Source: Neoechinorhynchus agilis
Lineage: Eukaryota > Animalia > Acanthocephala
Assembly (NCBI GenBank): GCA_051530055.1
Contig: CM121343.1
Span: forward strand, 652,389 to 716,388
DNA: 64,000 nt
Direction of reading: 5' to 3'
Shown here: in pieces, positions 61,838-64,000 of the stretch
How positions within the stretch are numbered: the stretch's first letter is position 1
Layout: every line of letters begins with the position of its first letter
The notes under the pieces: model-generated
What the model saw: only the letters and a program-made list of their open reading frames with translations
Database searches by the model: none
What the model was told of the DNA's origin: nothing
Position numbers and translations under genes: made by a program

Positions 61838-61945
61838 TCCTGCGCCAAACCATTGGTCTCGCGATCCAAAGAGGGTGGTCGCGACCACTGAGGGAAGAGC
61901 AATGCCTCTACTTCGTGGACGGTGGTGATTGTTGAAACGTTTTGT
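61838..61945 (+). mobile_element. Local duplicate of the 61.18-61.29 kb CRE-like 3' end, with a small internal deletion
   Basis: cctgcgccaaaccattggtctcgcgatccaaagagg...gtggtcgcgaccactgaggg...ggacggtggtgattgttgaaacgttttgt is repeated; the aaacgcagcgagt segment is missing. Confidence 0.85.
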
Positions 61946-62143
61946 GTTTGTCAATTGGAGAATTTAATAAATGGGTACCCACAAAAAATTCTTTCGTGTT
62001 TTTTGAAATCTTTGCCTTCGGACACTTGCCTTTTCATGGTTTGCGACTTTAGTGTTTGCGTTGTTTTTCCGTACCCGTTTTTGGTAGGTGATATTTGTTT
62101 TCGTTGCTCTTCGATTTTCGATTGACAGTTTTTGAAGATAAAA

Positions 62144-62869
62144 ATGATAAAATGGACAGAAGAAGCCTTGAGCTTACATCCGCTGGATCCATTGCAGTTT
62201 GAGAGTGATGATTTCTTGGAAAGCTTGAAACTTCCAAAGCGAAAGAGTGCGGCTGAAGCGACTGAATCGAGCAACTCATCAGCAGCTCCCGTGAATGACA
62301 AGCCGGTTCAAAGTCATTTGGAGTTCCGTGAAAAGCAGCGAGCAAAACCTAGCATCTTTCAGAGGGCAGCTTTTAGACAGAAAATTCGGTCAAAGCATTT
62401 TGTGGATATAGTTCAAAATTTGCATAATTATTTTCTCGAAGAGGGTAATGAGCGCGAGAAGCACCAGGCAATTGTAGAAAAGCAGAACGAATTGATGGGT
62501 CTCAAGCAACGTTTGGTACGAATCAATAAAACTGCTAAGAAGCAGCAAAGTGAAACTGTTGAAGATTATAAATACAAAGGTTCGACTAATCAAAGATACG
62601 CCGTTCTAATGAAGGAGCGAGCTAAAGGCTCTGCAATGCCGAAAATTGTTAAATGCAAAGCCGTTAACGATGGCGCCGGGTGTAGGTCTTCTGTGATCCC
62701 TGTTACCGATTACTGCATTGAACACATCCATCTCGATAAGACTCAGTGTTTTTTCCCTCAAGGTCATGCTTTGATAAATTCGCTATACGTAGATTCATTG
62801 GTTCCAAACATGGACGATGCTGATTTATCAAGCGAAAATATGACAAATAACAACGATGGTCAACAATAG
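62144..62869 (+). CDS. KANSL2: KANSL2/NSL2-like protein with one zf-C3Hc3H domain
   Basis: RY..LMKER followed by CKAVNDGAGCRSSVIPVTDYCIEHIHLDKTQCFF parallels the KANSL2 C-x7-C-x9-C-x2-H-I-x2-D-x2-Q-x-F motif. Confidence 0.7.
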   Translation: MIKWTEEALSLHPLDPLQFESDDFLESLKLPKRKSAAEATESSNSSAAPVNDKPVQSHLEFREKQRAKPSIFQRAAFRQKIRSKHFVDIVQNLHNYFLEEGNEREKHQAIVEKQNELMGLKQRLVRINKTAKKQQSETVEDYKYKGSTNQRYAVLMKERAKGSAMPKIVKCKAVNDGAGCRSSVIPVTDYCIEHIHLDKTQCFFPQGHALINSLYVDSLVPNMDDADLSSENMTNNNDGQQ

Positions 62870-62974
62870 ATGAGATCCAGAAGGGGTTATCCGTCAAATA
62901 AAAACTCCCTCTTAAAATGCTCGGCGAAACTGGTCGGATTTTTATGTACCGACAATAAAAAATCCAGAGAATCA

Positions 62975-64000
62975 TGAGGATTTCGAAGTTATTGATGTTG
63001 TTTGTATCGCGTCGTCTAAAGTTTGTAAAGAAAATTAATCGATATATTTGTTTATCGGGAGAATCATGTGGATTTCAAAGTTTTTGATATTGTTTGTTTT
63101 TAACCATTGAGCGAAGTTCTTGAGGCTCAAATCGCGCCGTCTAAAGTTTGTAAAGAAAATTAATCGATATATTTGTTTATCGGGAGAATCATGAGGATTT
63201 CAAAGTTTTTGATGTTGTTTGTTTTTAACCATTGAGCGAAGTTCTTGAGGCTCAAATCGCGCCGTCTAAAGTTTGTAAAGAAAATTAATCGATTTATTTG
63301 TTTATCGGGAGAATCATGAGGATTTCAAAGTTTTTGATGTTGTTTGTTTTTAACCATTGAGCGAAGTTCTTGAGGCTCAAATCGCGCCGTCTAAAGTTTG
63401 TAAAGAAAATTAATCGATATATTTGTTTATCGGGAGAATCATGAGGATTTCAAAGTTTTTGATATTGTTTGTTTTTAACCATTGAGCGAAGTTCTTGAGG
63501 CTCAAATCGCGCCGTCTAAAGTTTGTAAAGAAAATTAATCGATATATTTGTTTATCGGGAGAATCATGAGGATTTCAAAGTTTTTGATGTTGTTTGTTTT
63601 TAACCACTGAGCGAAGTTCTTGAGGCTCAAATCGCGCCGTCTAAGTTTGTAAAGAAAATTAATCGATATATTTGTTTATCGGGAGAATCATGAGATTTCA
63701 AAGTTTTTGATGTTGTTTGTTTTTAACCATTGAGCGAAGTTCTTGAGGCTCAAATCGCGCCGTCTAAAGTTTGTAAAGAAAATTAATCGATATATTTGTT
63801 TATCGGGAGAATCATGAGGATTTCAAAGTTTTTGATGTTGTTTGTTTTTAACCATTGAGCGAAGTTCTTGAGGCTCAAATCGCGCCGTCTAAAGTTTGTA
63901 AAGAAAATTAATCGATATATTTGTTTATCGGGAGAATCATGAGGATTTCAAAGTTTTTGATGTTGTTTGTTTTTAACCATTGAGCGAAGTTCTTGAGGCT
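62975..64000. repeat. 125-bp tandem satellite, at least 8 monomers, runs off the window end
   Basis: tctaaagtttgtaaag at 63015, 63140, 63265 and onward. Confidence 0.97.

Overview
Eukaryotic genomic DNA from an AT-rich, compact-genome animal. Most GT-AG introns I can resolve are about 40-65 bp; I cannot name the species. Recognisable genes: netrin (-), TBX2/3 (+), unkempt (+), a centrin/calmodulin-like EF-hand protein (+), a possible tubulin cofactor A (-), GTF3C5 (-), a two-repeat cadherin (+), a NHERF-like PDZ protein (-), CERT (-), KANSL2-like (+), plus a Pro-rich repeat protein and an orphan. These are interleaved with six short satellite arrays from five families (113, 353 twice, about 149, 154/130 and 125 bp), decayed LINEs (RTE, CR1/L2), nine 3' fragments of CRE-like restriction-endonuclease retrotransposons, several palindromic MITEs and a convergent pair of tRNA-headed SINE-like repeats. 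The most unusual signal is a dispersed repeat (7.8, 28.9 and 42.3 kb) that contains all hammerhead ribozyme core nucleotides and all three stems, but with the three strands in an order matching none of types I, II or III. Only the 42.3 kb copy has an intact core. Ribozyme activity is an untested inference.
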